DNA of 58,553 bases, filler included, from Sphacelaria rigidula (Eukaryota), in assembly GCA_964200075.2 (NCBI GenBank). It is 7 parts of 7 records of this genome, joined end to end, with 100 filler letters (N's around TTAATTAATTAA, not from the genome) between each part and the next. Parts side by side here need not be neighbours in the genome. Positions count along the whole stretch, not along the records: positions 1 to 8,280 come from CAXNAA020011666.1; positions 8,381 to 16,660 come from CAXNAA020011667.1; 5 more parts are not named here. The stretch is one strand, 5' to 3'. The translations under genes and the position numbers were made by a program. The notes under the pieces were generated by a model, which did not search any database, was not told where the DNA came from, and saw nothing but the letters and a program-made list of their open reading frames with translations. Below, one piece after another: positions 1 through 12,395 of this stretch. How positions within the stretch are numbered: position 1 is the first letter of the stretch; every line of letters starts with the position of its first letter.

Positions 1-224
1 TTTCCATTTGCTTTTCTTTTTCCTTTTTTGCGAAGTAGTTTTTGTGGTTTGTGTCCTTCTTTCCCCCCCCCCCCCCCCCCCCCGCATCCGACCACACCTC
101 CCCTCGCGGTTGTGTCAAGTCCAAGTGTAGTAATGAGACAGCGATTCCCCTGTCATCGGCAGGGTGATCGCGTTACGTTGGTGGTTCACGACCTGGCAGC
201 CCCCCTCCCTCATCCGACCACATG

Positions 225-430
225 CAAGAAAATCGGTACGCTTCGGGACAAACAATGTTTGCAGGATTCAGCTCGCCCTTCATGCATCTCGCCGAACATA
301 TCACGGCGATTTGCGCTTGGTGATTGATTGGGAGCCTAGTCCGGCGACAACCCGGCGTGCTCCGTCCCGACTTTAAAGGGATGCGAGTTCAATGGTTACA
401 TTACTACAGCATGCACGGTCATGAGTACAC
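225..430 (+). mobile_element. Family B 3' fragment
   Basis: gcgcttggtgattga...gcgtgctccgtcccg...catgagtacaccc matches 17265-17385. Further tails lie at ~20975-21022 (+) and ~58495-58553 (-). Confidence 0.75.
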
Positions 431-1837
431 CCACCTCCCCGCCCCCCCTTTCGCCTATCCGACCACACGTTCCCTGACGGAATGTACCGATGATTCTCCC
501 ATTAACGCGCTAGTGGTTCGCGAGCTAGCTACCACCATCCTATCCAACTACACCTTCCCTTGCCCCCAGCGTAGCATTCAACCAGAACTTCTGTAAAACA
601 TCTCAACATTCCTCGGTATACGTATAGACTATATATATATATATATGTCGACCCCAGTAGTCTCCATTAACACAACCGATCGTGAAGCCTATGTCGTGGT
701 TGAGAACGGCTTTGCGGTCAAGACTAAAGTTAAATTTGAAGACTTGAAACATTTGACTGTAGAAATAAACGTCGCCGTACCAACATTTCCCTAGGTACTG
801 CCTACGTGCGACGCCGAGGACGCAAAGGAGTTGGCAACTGACGTAACGACGAGGACGCACTACAAGATAAAATCAATTCCGGTTTCGACCGCACCTCTCA
901 TGTTCCCATTATGCCTCTTTCCTTATACTCCAAACCGTCTGTTTTCGACCGCAGGTCTGCTTTCTCCAATTTTCTCATTTATTGCATTTTCGTTTTGTCT
1001 ATTTCCGACCGTAGGTCATCGCCGACTTGTTTGCCCATTGCGCGGGTGTTCGTTCCATTCGTGGTTCCCGTGAACCGGAACCCCCGAACCGATCAATAAC
1101 CCACTCCTTCTATCACACCTGTTCATAAAAGACCCGAACCAACCAAAACCCCACCTCCCCTAGAGAAAAAAAAAACATATTTCGTGCAAAATGGCAACCC
1201 AGAGATCCAAGATATACCTCATGAGTGCATGCGTGTTGCAACACCAACCGGATCGCCCGTTTCTGATTTTTGAAGTACTGCAACATAATCAAGCGCCACA
1301 ATGACTTTTCGTACTTATGATCAAAGTTTTCGAGCCAGAATATTTGAAGAAGTATCTCTTTGTGCCACCGTGAGCAACACTGATCTAGACAGCACTCGTC
1401 GTAGCTTCGACAATATTCGAGATTATTCTATCGGATCATAGAAGAACTATGACCACACGCATTACTCTTCTGGCCGGACACCAAGTACATTGGATTTTAG
1501 GTGAGTCTTGTAACGCCACCCCCGTCCAATCAGCACGGGTACACCGCAAGCACATGTGAGGCGATTCTTACGTAACGGCTGCTATCCGGATGAGTGTGCA
1601 AGTGTCACCATGCCTTTTGGGGTGATTCGAGAATGTGTCTAGTCACACGCGTTATCCCCGTACGAGACCCGGACGACAAATGAGCTTCTCCATATATGTC
1701 GTATGAAAAAAAGTTCGACAGAAAGGGGCCACCCAACGAGTAGCAAACCAGTCATGAACTGAGAAGAAGTCGTACATGTGGACAACGTATATATATATAT
1801 ATATAGTAGTGTGGTTTCTCCTCGACTTTCCAACACG

Positions 1838-1978
1838 AACACTCGAAATCTTCTGACCGTTGGGTCGTGGGTTCGAATCCCGGAGCGATCCGAGACTATT
1901 TCTCACACAATGCCCAACAGTGGAGAGCGACTGCAGTACGTCGTGGGTACACAAAACTTGACTGAACGGTCGACGAGA
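1838..1978 (+). mobile_element. tRNA-derived SINE, 5'-truncated copy with B box
   Basis: B box GGTTCGAATCC (1870-1880); same body as 41592-41733. No cloverleaf, so not a tRNA. Confidence 0.65.
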
Positions 1979-3577
1979 TCATGATGTCCCTGACGCGGTT
2001 TGAAGATGGTCACGCGAGACTGTCCCTTACGCTTTGCTTTGGCCCAAGAACTCTGGCATTATGTGTTGTCCCATTTTTACGTACAGCTGAGAAACAAGGA
2101 CGGACGACGTACAGCGTATACAAGCACGCATATATTTTTTCTGTACGTACGTTCCATATCGTCAGAATTCCTGCACACCTCCGCAAACACCGCTTTCATA
2201 CTGAACTCTACATTTTCCCTCCGATGCAGAGAGGGCGCGCCTCCAGGTCGGTAGTGTTTCGTTTCCTCCAGAGGGGGAGAAGTCTCCGGACGTTTGTATA
2301 TCCTCTGCAGGGCCGCGCATCCCTCCGAAGGCATGTTGGGGGGTAGCCAATTGGCCACGTGTGCTCCGAGGCTTCCTGCTCCCCGCAAACCTCTTAATTC
2401 ACATTTCAAGTTCCACCAACAATCGGTCTTCTGGAGTCTCGAACCCACCACTTCGTGGAAACCCTTCGTGTTCCACGAGCGGATATTTGACTATCAAGCT
2501 ACCAGTGAGCGCTCACTACTTCAATTGGTGAACTGTTTGCTTCCTGAACAAAATATATGCTGTGCATGGTCCGTCCCAGCATGACACATCAGTGATATCT
2601 CCGGGAGCCCTTCGGCCATATAGAACAACCTGGATTCGTTTTTGAGGTTCAACATTTGGGTGAGGTTCAACGGATCATCGAAATTTCATTTTCTTTGTCC
2701 AAAAGGCTCGGGATTCGCAACCGGTTTGGACCATGTAACCCTAACCCAGAAGATTCTGCACGGCAGGGCGAGCATGATGATGAGCAGTCCAACAGAAAAA
2801 CCGCCGTCATCGATTGTGCGGCATCTTTTTTTGAGCAGGACCTGCACTTGAGCGCTACGAAACACGTAGTAACAAAGAAGCATGCTGAAAACATACTTCT
2901 TTGGACTAGTCATCGAGTACTCGAGCGCCTCTTGTTGAGTATCTGAGAGAGACTTCATACTGTTGCGCCGGCGCCGACCGCCGTCAGCGAAACGATCCAA
3001 TGCGGCGACAGACGCCAGCGATCTTTGAAACGCAGCATCATTCAGCAGTCTGCTGAGATATACCATCACCAGAGTACAGCATCACCACAGTACAGCCGTC
3101 AGTTGGATAAAATGGATGCCCCACGATAAAGTTGCAGACAATCACAACGGGGGTAAGGGTTAGTCCCACGCTTGGGGTTGTTTCGCCAGTTAGTGCCCGT
3201 GCGAGGCGCTTCATCCAGTCTGAACCAGCTATCACCCCTCGTATGGCCACTTCCGCCGTAGCTGTGTTGAGAACTGGTTTCGCGGTGAGGCCGTCGAACA
3301 ATGCTACTGTAGTGCAACGCGCTTGCAAAATCTGGGTCGTTTCTTGAAATTTAGAACGCGCATCAGCTGTAGTTTGAATATCCCTCGTGACGGTCCCAAA
3401 TGGGGTCCGAACTACTGTAGCAATGGAAAGTGCTGGCACCCCCCCCCTCAGATAGGATTTGTGACAACTTTGGGGGTGTTTGGGGAAGATCGCGTGGTGT
3501 GGATACGAAGATTTGAATTCTCCGGTTTCTCATCCTCAACAAAAATTCCACCTCCAATTTGTAAAATCACGTGTTAT

Positions 3578-3832
3578 GAGGTGCTGAAAATAATCGAGCA
3601 TACATCGTCATATAACCTCCTGGAGCGTGGATTACGCGACCTTACATACGGTGCTGAAAATGCTCCACGTTATGCGTGCTAATTAACCTCCTGTAACGTG
3701 GGTAACGCGACCTTACATAAGGTGCTAAAAATAATCCAGGTTGTTTTGCTATACAACCTCCTGTAACGTGGGTTACGCGACCTTACACAAGGTGATGGGT
3801 GTAACCCAGGTTATGTAACGGTATAACCTCCC
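3578..3832. repeat. Minisatellite, ~70-bp unit, ~3.5 copies
   Basis: AACCTCC recurs at 3614, 3685, 3755 and 3825, with a shared acgcgaccttaca..aggtg core. Confidence 0.85.
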
Positions 3833-5989
3833 GTTACCAATGGCCACCCGTGAAGCGCTAAACTAGAGGAGAACGATCCCTGGTTCGTGAGTCACATATT
3901 CACGTTTTTACCGCAATGTACAGTATCAATATCAGGGTGTTGAGGTCGCGGATGATCACTTGCCAGTGGGATTTAGGCTTGTATACGAATTGGTGCGCGG
4001 GGGCGCGGCCCCGGAGACCTCTGGTGTGGCTATGGATTATTATGCTCTGGGGAAATCGGGTCACACATAACACGTTTTTCGTTTCACACCTCAAACTCGG
4101 GGTTCCCGATATATTCGACGGCAAGTTACCGTGAAGTATACCGGGAATCTAGAGTTTGAGATGCTTGTTACAAGCGGAAATCGTGACATTCGAACCAGTG
4201 GGCGCACACTGCCTTTCAGTTCTCACTATCACATATTGTCCGCTCAATGGCTGAGAGGTCACAACATTTATTTGTTGTTTCTGAAACACACTCAACCATC
4301 ATTGCATTTGACAAAACACGCTGTGCTTACTAGTGCTCTAGGGTGCTCCTTGTGCAGTGTTTGTGGCCGAGCGATCGCCGCCCTCCTCTTCTTACTGTGA
4401 GATAGCTGCGCCACACACAGTCGGAGAAGACGAGGCCGAGATGGGAACAACATAGACTTTGTTGTCTGCAGTGGAGAGTGACGGCACATTGATTGCGTTG
4501 TACTGTTGTGAGTAGCCACTAATGAAAGCTGTGTATGTACAAGTAGGGCACAGCCGCGGTACAACAACAGTGCGGGCAGCAATCGAGTCGGGGTAGAATG
4601 CAGCACAAGACATCAAAACAAACCTGAGCCATACCAAGGTAGGGTTTGGACGTTTGAGCTCATACATCATGTGTTCCTCAGTGAGGAGCTCCCAAAGCTA
4701 GGACTTACACAAGAATATGGGTACCGTTACTGTTGTGCAATACCTGTTATACCCGATATACTATGCACGAAAATAATCACGAGGAAGGAGTACAGTGAAG
4801 TTGTGGTTGGGTTTGAGTCCGGTAGCTGGATGGAGTTTTGGTATGTGGGGGTTTAGTATCACGAGCAGGAAGACGACATGGATCGGGGTATACCTGTCGT
4901 CAAATTCGGGCCAGACATATCCCCAGCACATTGGGAGGCTAACCTTGGTGTCTCACGTACTTCAAAGTATTTCATAAGTCGTTTTCGGACGAGGTAAAAG
5001 ACTTCCCACAACTCGAACCCGAGAATGTATTGTGCACCCCCACCACCGTGGTATGATCCCTCAGGAGTACTAGTATTGCCCCGGAAGTGACAAGATTGTG
5101 GAATCATTGGCAAACAGCATGTTCGCGGACATCGCTGCAGTAGTGACTGCCAGCGTGTTCATACCACGTTAAACAGAGAAGAATGGAAGCGTGTACCCAC
5201 GGGAAAAGTGGCAGGCTTTTAGTCCATTTCGCGACGCTCAAAGGGTTTATTCATGCGGTCACCACCGACGACTTGATATGCTCACGAATTTCGTGTCCAG
5301 GTTACCCCGAGGAGGCGAAGAAGGGCAGTGGCAGCGCTGTAGCAATGGCACGCATAGTGCAGTACGACATAATAATACGGTACAGTGTAATTGTCGAATG
5401 TATAGTACATTAGTAGTAGACCGTACTCACAGGTCACAGAAGAAGGGGGTAGTATGGGCCCATCATCCTGCTGACAAAAAGCTACAGAGCCAAGAAAGGA
5501 AATGGCGACAGCAAATCGCGACGGCGAGATCGACTCCCGTGCCATCTTGAACACCGCTCGCGTAATGGCTTGTTAGCTTCGTCCTCTCTCTGTTGCACCG
5601 CTGCCTATCTATGAGGTGCGAATGTATTGGGGCTGCGCTGTGATGGGTGAATGTGGGCGGGTGGGTGGGAGGATGCTGCGGGCGTCGGGCTGCTGTACGG
5701 CATCTCGATCTATATTTTCTGAGCATGACAGAAAAATCTTGCAACTTTCCACCATGTGGAAACAGTCGCGGTGTGGTCGCACAAACGTGAAACCGATGTG
5801 GCGAGCTGCACGAGAGTGCCATTTATATACATACAATTCTACGTTTTTTACAGTTTCCACAATAGCGATCGTACAGATGACATCGATCGGCAGATCTTTT
5901 GGAGGTTCAGTGACCACGGAAGGCGTCCGCATCAGATGCTCAGTACGAGAGTGTACCACGCGAATATCGGAACGGTTTATAATGTGAAG

Positions 5990-6040
5990 ACAATAACAAC
6001 AACAACAACAACAGCAGCAGCAACAACCACAACAACAACA
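5990..6040. repeat. (CAA/CAG)n microsatellite
   Basis: Read directly. Confidence 0.9.
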
Positions 6041-6208
6041 AGTGCACCGAAGCCACTGAACATACCCGAGGTGTGATTTCGACGAAAACGCGCACGCGAG
6101 GAGCATTTGGGGCTGTAAGCCCCGCTGATAAAGATCCGAATATCGGCGTTTGTACTTAAATCAAGTACTAAAATTCCGGGAAGGTTCTAATCGACCACAT
6201 GATAAACA

Positions 6209-6867
6209 TGTTCAGGAAGCGAACAGTTTACCCACGAAACCAGTGAGCACTCACTAATTCAATGGGTAAACTGTTCACTTATTCCTGAACAAAAGATATG
6301 CTGCGTGGTCCATCCCGGCATGACACATCAGTGATCTCCGGGACCTCTTGCCCCTCGCGAGCCCCACTGTCCACGTTTCAAATTATTTCCTTCCACAATT
6401 GATCACTAGCTCGCTCACGGGTACCTCAATGGTCAAAGGTTCGCTTCTTGCACAAAAGACATGGAGTTCGAGACTCAGCATGATCAATTGTGGAAGGAAG
6501 TAATTTGAAATGTGGACAGTGGGGCTTGCGAGAGGCAAGAGGTCCCAGAGATCAGTGATGTGTCATGCCGGAATAGTCCATGCAGCATATCTTTAATAAC
6601 TCGCTCACTGGTTGTTCAATGGTCAAAGGTTCGCTTCCTGCACAAAAGATATGGAGTTCGAGACTTAGCATGATCAATTGTGGAAGGAAGGAATTTGAAA
6701 CGTCGACAGTGGGGCTTGCGAGGGGCAAGAGGTCCCGGAGATCACTGATGTGTCATGCCGGGATGGACCACGCAGCATTTCTTTTGTTCAGGAAGCGAAC
6801 AGTTTACCCATTGAACCAGTGAGCGCTCACTGGTTCACTGGGTAAACTGTTCGCTTCCTGAACAAAA
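6209..6867. repeat. Compound inverted and tandem repeat capped by palindromes
   Basis: 86-nt palindrome 6782-6867 with one mismatch and a degenerate twin at 6209-6293. A ~190-bp unit appears twice in tandem (~6408-6594, ~6598-6785) and partly inverted (~6290-6405). A related copy lies at ~2370-2612. Confidence 0.9.
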
Positions 6868-8280
6868 CACTGCTGGCGAACGAATATATGTATATGTATA
6901 GCTCCATAGAACACCGAAGAAGATCGAATTGTCTTGGCTGTACGGCATCGATGGTCGCTGCCAGCCTTGAACATCATGCGATCGGACGAACAGGAACAAA
7001 TACTACGCGTGTATCAACGCTTCGCGGGGTAAGCAAGCTACGCAAGCCCTTTCATATGGTTGAATTCTCTCCACATTGTGTTTACCGCTCTCCCATCCTG
7101 CATTATCTACCGAGCTTGACCGGGATGCCGGCAATCACATCCAAACTCGGCGAATTTTCTTATTTTAATAAGACAAAGCTTTTGCTCCAACAATGCAGTG
7201 TTACGCCGGAGGGTTAGTGTCACGTTTCCCAACACCACCCCAAAAATGAAGACGCGACGGAGTCAAGAAGTGTACAGAGGATTATATCGACACAAACACG
7301 ATACACAGCTATAGTATATACCTTAAGCTACCTTCTCATTGCAGTCTGACTAAATTCCACCTTGTACAGCCCACAAACCAGCGATGGATACTCCTCGAAA
7401 AAGTTTTAAGTATTTGTACCAACAAAACAAAATCATTTTCCAACATGCCCATCCTTCACGCAACAGAAGAATACTCACTACTGACGAACTTCACCAGGCC
7501 AAAACTTTACAGGCAGGCACAACTAAAGACTAGCCATCGTTAAAGCTCCAGCAGGCTCCAACTGTGTGTCGAAACAGTGCAATATTTATAGTAGATGATT
7601 TCCACTTCACCCCTGCTTCTAATTTTGTGACAGAAGTGTTGGCCGCCAAGAAGTAGAGGACTGGGAGGTACAAGTTTGTTCTACACAGAGCAATTTGATT
7701 TATGTCGATAGCTGCTGTGTGCGTCGAGATATTGCCATCTCGATGAGGGGTGTTACAACATGTGAGGTGTGGCGTAAAAACCCATCGGGTCATACGAAGG
7801 TGGTTTCCAAATCCAGCAGGTAGTTATTGCGCCGCGTGTTTGCAGCGTGGGGAGTATCTTCTCCCGCACCCATGCAGCAATCAACACTGCCCGCAAGTAG
7901 GAAAGATGTTACAAACATGTGTTTGAGGTTGTCGCTGGGGCAGCGTATGAAGCGTGCTTCCGGGATCGCCGCGCATGGTATAATGCACACTCACGGTTTG
8001 CCGCTTACTTGTGTTGTCAGCGGGACTGTGAGCTGTCGGAAATAAATGGATGATGTAAGAGGCAGCTCCAGTCACATGGACAGTTCGGTGTGGTGCAGAC
8101 GGAAGTTTGGTGATAAACACATCAAGCCTTAGGAGATGAAGAACATCATCCGATGTTCCTCTCCAGCGTTCAGCACTTTGAACAGGTGATCCTCGACGTG
8201 GAGGATAGGAGTCGGGTGTTCCGTTTTGATCACCTGCACATGCGCCCCCCACCCCCCCTCTCCCCCCCCTCTCCCCACCC

Positions 8281-8380
8281 NNNNNNNNNNNNNNNNNNNN
8301 NNNNNNNNNNNNNNNNNNNNNNNNTTAATTAATTAANNNNNNNNNNNNNNNNNNNNNNNNNNNNNNNNNNNNNNNNNNNN
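8281..8380. other. Artificial contig-joining spacer (N44-TTAATTAATTAA-N44); identical spacers at 16661-16760, 25040-25139, 33419-33518, 41798-41897 and 50176-50275
   Basis: Six identical 100-nt N blocks carry an all-frame stop linker. The intervening segments are 8280, 8280, 8279, 8279, 8279, 8278 and 8278 bp, i.e. size-sorted contigs. Confidence 0.97.
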
Positions 8381-8429
8381 CTACCGCACGGGCGTGGTAC
8401 GAAGTAGATTGACAGTAGATATCATAGAT

Positions 8430-9105
8430 ACTCCGTACTAGCCAAGTTGCTGCCTCTTTCGTTGGGCCGCTGCCGCCAGCCAGCCCAACCCGGCCTCAGC
8501 GCTCGGGCCGAGGCCGAAGGGAAAAAAACCAACGATACTACAAATGAAATGGAGCAGTGTAATCGTGTGGTGAATACCTGTTCGCTTCTTGGGCAGCCCA
8601 ACTTATACAAACATTTAGTGCTGTTGCGGTGTTCGTGAGAACTCGCGGACAAGATCGCATGCATTCAATCACATGCCCCACTCTCTCACACACCAACATA
8701 CGGTGGTCAACATACTTCACCGACACGCTCCCCTTCTCCAGGGTACAACCTCTGCGTTGGCAGCTCCCTTCATACACTATTAAGTGTAGGCGAGGAAGCA
8801 TACACATGATGTTTTGTGCATAACCGACTTTCTCGCGCCGAACGCGTACTGAACGTAGCGTGGCTTCCACCAGTTCTTTGCTCTTAGAATTAGTCAAGCT
8901 ATGTTCACCGACGGAGTGATGCAGAGGCAGCAGGAAGTTGCGGAATGAAATACAAACGACTGGTAGTAGTTCCGTCGAGGATTAGGGTAGTCAGAAGCTT
9001 CAAAAACGAATGATGGCGGTAGGGCCCTCCTCGCTAGCGACCAAAGAACTTCCGCCACGTTGAGAATAACAGCTATTGTACAAGGATTTCGTTCCGTATT
9101 CAAAC
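8430..9105 (-). mobile_element. Decayed RTE-like LINE C-terminal fragment
   Basis: ELVEATLRS...GY...PRL..IVYE and WAAQEANR resemble the RTE ORF C-terminus. Confidence 0.4.
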
Positions 9106-9297
9106 CTTATTTTCTCTCCCCCCCCCCCCCCCCCCCCCCCCCTCCCCCAGCCCCGCGTCCGCCGCGCGGGAATAGCGTAAAGTATANNNNNNNNNNAGGG
9201 ACCAAAAAACTTCCCCCCCGTTTAAAAAAAAAACTTTTTTTTAAAGGTTTTTTTTCCTTTTTAAACCTTTTTTTTTCCCCCCCCCCCCCCCCCCCCT

Positions 9298-9490
9298 TCA
9301 GTTGGCCAGAGACGGCGAAACAGGACGGGGATACGATATGTAAAATGTATTTGTGTAATGTATGGAAGAAACGTTATGGGCGCCAGAATGTTGGAGGTGG
9401 CTCTATTAGTAGTAGGAACGGTGCTCCGTTTCGGAAGGGATGCGTGGTCAACGGTTAAAAGACTAAGGCAAGCAACAAATGAGATTGCCT
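9298..9490 (+). mobile_element. LINE family A 3' fragment
   Basis: Aligns with 21905-22090 (ggccagagacggcgaaacagg...aggcaagcaacaaatgag) and is flanked by C-tracts. Confidence 0.85.
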
Positions 9491-9617
9491 TCTCCCCCCC
9501 TCCCCACCCCTCAGTCTCACTGATTTTTTTTAATTTTATCATCGCCATTTGTTCCTTCCCTATTCGTTGCGTTCTTTGTTCTTGTGCTTTTTTTTCTACT
9601 GAAAATGATGGAATCAG

Positions 9618-9710
9618 CGAATCGCTATCGCCCGCGCGATCATCAACGATCCGGCGATCCTACTGCTGGACGAGGCCACTTCTGCCTTGGATAACGAGAG
9701 CGAGCGCCAG
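9618..9710 (+). CDS. ABCB/MDR-type ABC transporter, internal exon (Walker B / D-loop)
   Basis: aatcag|...|gtgagc, 93 nt, phase 0/0. Translates [31 protein letters not shown], the canonical ABCB NBD segment after the LSGGQKQ signature. Upstream exons were not found in this contig. Confidence 0.95.
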
Positions 9711-10719
9711 GTGAGCTGCACCTTCTTGTCCTATTGTTTTCCACTACCATGTTACTTGGTGAAAACACCGCCCAGGTAAAGTTGGCCATTTTTGTGGAAT
9801 TTACAAGAGGTCTCTCGAGTTGGGTTGCGTCCTTTACACATACTGTGTACATCTGAGTAACTGGCTGATGGAAGCGTGCTTGCAAGTCAGCTTGCACGCT
9901 GCACGAGTCAGGCCTGGACGGTGTGTGTTGAGGTATATGTTCCTTGGTCGTCATGTGACCGGACTTCAGAGCGACCCCAGCTGCTTTGAGTTTAGAGGAT
10001 GCTGGTGAGTAGATTGTCAAATGCTGACATGTCCGACCCTGTGCCCTTGAACCCTCCCCGCGAACTACGTTGGCGTCTCTCTGTACGTGAGATCACGGGG
10101 GGATTGTCGTCCCGCCTATTTTGGAATGCGTGCCGAAACCTAGTCCGGAATCCACCGGGCTGACAATTATACCCTGAAAACAAGTAGAAGCAGTCGCCAG
10201 CTTGCCTCATACTCACTAGGGGACGGATGTTTTTGTTTTCCTGATAATATTTTGGTCGCATTCCAACCCTTCCCCTTCCGCGAGACGATTCCATAATCTC
10301 AAGGGATCAGCTCATGTCTGGATCATATCTCCCCCCTGTGTACGCCTTGCATATAGGTCTCGGGTCGGATCAGCAGTCGTGCACCGCATCGACTCTCTCC
10401 AACACATTTATAACTAACGTTTTTTGCTGCCTACAGGAGTGGGCGGTCAAACTATTCATTTCGTGGCAATCTGTGTTTTTTTCGTGATTGACGATTTTCT
10501 TGGGCTCTTTTTGCTTGCCACCGCCTATCACGTCGGGGATCTCAAGATATTTGTATCCGCTCCACATTCCAAGAAGAAAAAATCACCTGTACTCGATAGT
10601 GAGTGACTCACGGACTGACCGGTCATCGGGGGTCCTGCCAGGTTTAAGCCCAGATTCTTACTCCCCTGTATTTTCGGTCGATCGCGCCCGTCCCGATCGT
10701 ATTTGCTAAAATTCTGCAT

Positions 10720-10899
10720 ACTCAGGCCAACTCTTATGGGAGCGTTTAGAATTTTATTTTGCAATAATTTTCAACGACTTTTTTTTCCCTTTGCCGTAGT
10801 TATGTATTTTGTGCCCGTTCACCATGATGACGGAGAAAAAGGCCTCTGAAATTGTTGCAGAATAAAACTTCAAACGCTCCATAAGAGTTGGCCTCAGTG
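10720..10899. mobile_element. Short intronic MITE (~52-bp TIRs)
   Basis: aggccaactcttatgggagcgttt..ttttattttgcaa / ttgcagaataaaa..aaacgctccataagagttggcct. Confidence 0.7.
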
Positions 10900-11870
10900 C
10901 ACTAGGGTCGAAAAACTGTGCTTCACGGTCAATAACATCGTTCTGATGAACGTGGTATTTTCTCGTTTCGCCCGATAACACCAACCAAGACTGACTTGGA
11001 CACGGTGTTTCGAATATGATCTATTTTGTTGTACCAAAGTCCACCGACGCTAGCGATTTCGAGTTCTATCGAAGAGTAGTACGCGAGGAAAACCACACCC
11101 CTAAATAGTTAGACCACCCACTACTGTACATCCTCATGCTTTCGATGACGGAAATCTGATACTTCGACTTTGAATGAGAAACGAAATACATGTGGCGGGA
11201 ACCCGAACCCGCGTTTTCCCCACCTTAATGACGTCTGTTGTACCTTTTTAATTTATACCACCGGGGCGGGGCGGCACATCAACGACAGTGAGGTGTACTC
11301 AAGACGGCAGCGAGCCTGAGACCGCGATGGTAATGGTCATACGATATTTATGGGTTTGAAGAAGTAGCAGCCGGCGAGAAGAGCATGCAGTTTAGAATTG
11401 TGGAAGGCGCGCGGATTGATCCCACAAATGAATCAGACCTTTCCTCCCATCACCAGTGCGTGCGTGCCGGGGTACAATCGGTGGGGACGAACAGCAAAGC
11501 CATGAGTACTCAATAGTGCTCACAGACGGTACAGTCTGGTATCTCTGAAATTCAATTTTGGGTTGGGTTGCGTATTCCGAGCTGCCGAAAGACAGCGAAG
11601 CGCCTGCCAACACTATTGCGACGACAGTGACAGACCATCAGGTAGTTTTCTGAGTAAGCCGGTTGGGCTCCCTCATTCCCCGCAGTTCTCCAAACTGCCG
11701 TCGTTTCCGTCACCGCTTCCCCAGTCGAATGGCTCCGCGACCAGTAGCCAGCGTGCTCGTTTGGCACGCACTTCTTTGAAAATCCAACACTTTGCGTGCA
11801 GGTTTTCATGACCAGGAGTAATACCGTGAGAGCCTCACTCTTCTGTTTTCTGACTGTGTGTGCGTGGGGG

Positions 11871-11917
11871 GGGGCGTACTCATTTGTTGCTTGCCTTAGT
11901 CGTGTGACCATTGACCA
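11871..11917 (-). mobile_element. Minimal LINE family A 3' fragment with 11-bp TSD
   Basis: TSD GTGCGTGGGGG (+ strand) at 11860-11870 and 11918-11928. Inserted at the C-tract tail of a family B copy. Confidence 0.8.
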
Positions 11918-11939
11918 GTGCGTGGGGGAGGGGGGGGGG

Positions 11940-12395
11940 GTACTCATGATCTTCCATGTCATATTTATATGACCGTTGACCTCGCATCCCTACAAAGCGG
12001 GGACGGAGCACGCCGTGTTGTCGCCAGACCAGGCCCGCAATCGATCACTAAGCGCGAAGTGCCGTGGTGTGGTCGGCAAGTCGCATGAATGATGAGCTGT
12101 ACCCCCACTGGGACTGTTCTGCCCGAAGCCTGCTGATTATCTTGCATTTGGATGACAGCCTATACTGAGTTGCTTCATTTTCTGGTATCGCCACTTCCAG
12201 ATACAGCCGCGGCTTATAAACTGCCTCATTGGTGTCTCACCATCAAACGCTACTTATTACGACCATCTCCATTGTGCGGAGTTAAGGTTCTCCCACGCCG
12301 CACAAAATGATCTAGCTCGACCACCATCATGGTTACCGCAAAAAAACGCAAGCCCGCAAAAATCGGTAACCTGGTTGCCTAGCGTACGCAGTGAG
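11940..12395 (-). mobile_element. Non-LTR retroelement 'family B' 3' fragment
   Basis: The reverse complement aligns with 16925-17385 (ggaagtggcgatacc...gcgtgctccgtc...tttgtagggatgcgagg...catgagtac). Confidence 0.8.

Noticed and set aside
1855-1885. tRNA gene
   Set aside because: Only a T-arm/B box is present, with no acceptor stem or cloverleaf; better explained as a SINE head.
3578-3832. CRISPR-like repeat/spacer array (also considered for 57940-58118 and 6408-6785)
   Set aside because: The units are similar along their whole length with no unique spacers, there are no cas genes, and the context is eukaryotic.
6819-6830. GTGAGCGCTCAC equals the core of the symmetric lac operator
   Set aside because: The flanking AATT arms are absent, there is no vector sequence, and it is the centre of a native repeat palindrome present in diverged copies.
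8325-8336. TTAATTAATTAA as a regulatory or biological repeat
   Set aside because: It is a synthetic all-frame stop linker inside the N spacers.
10943-10975. Hammerhead ribozyme (CTGATGA here and at ~38282 and ~53241)
   Set aside because: No stem II followed by a GAAA core and no closing stems could be found by eye.
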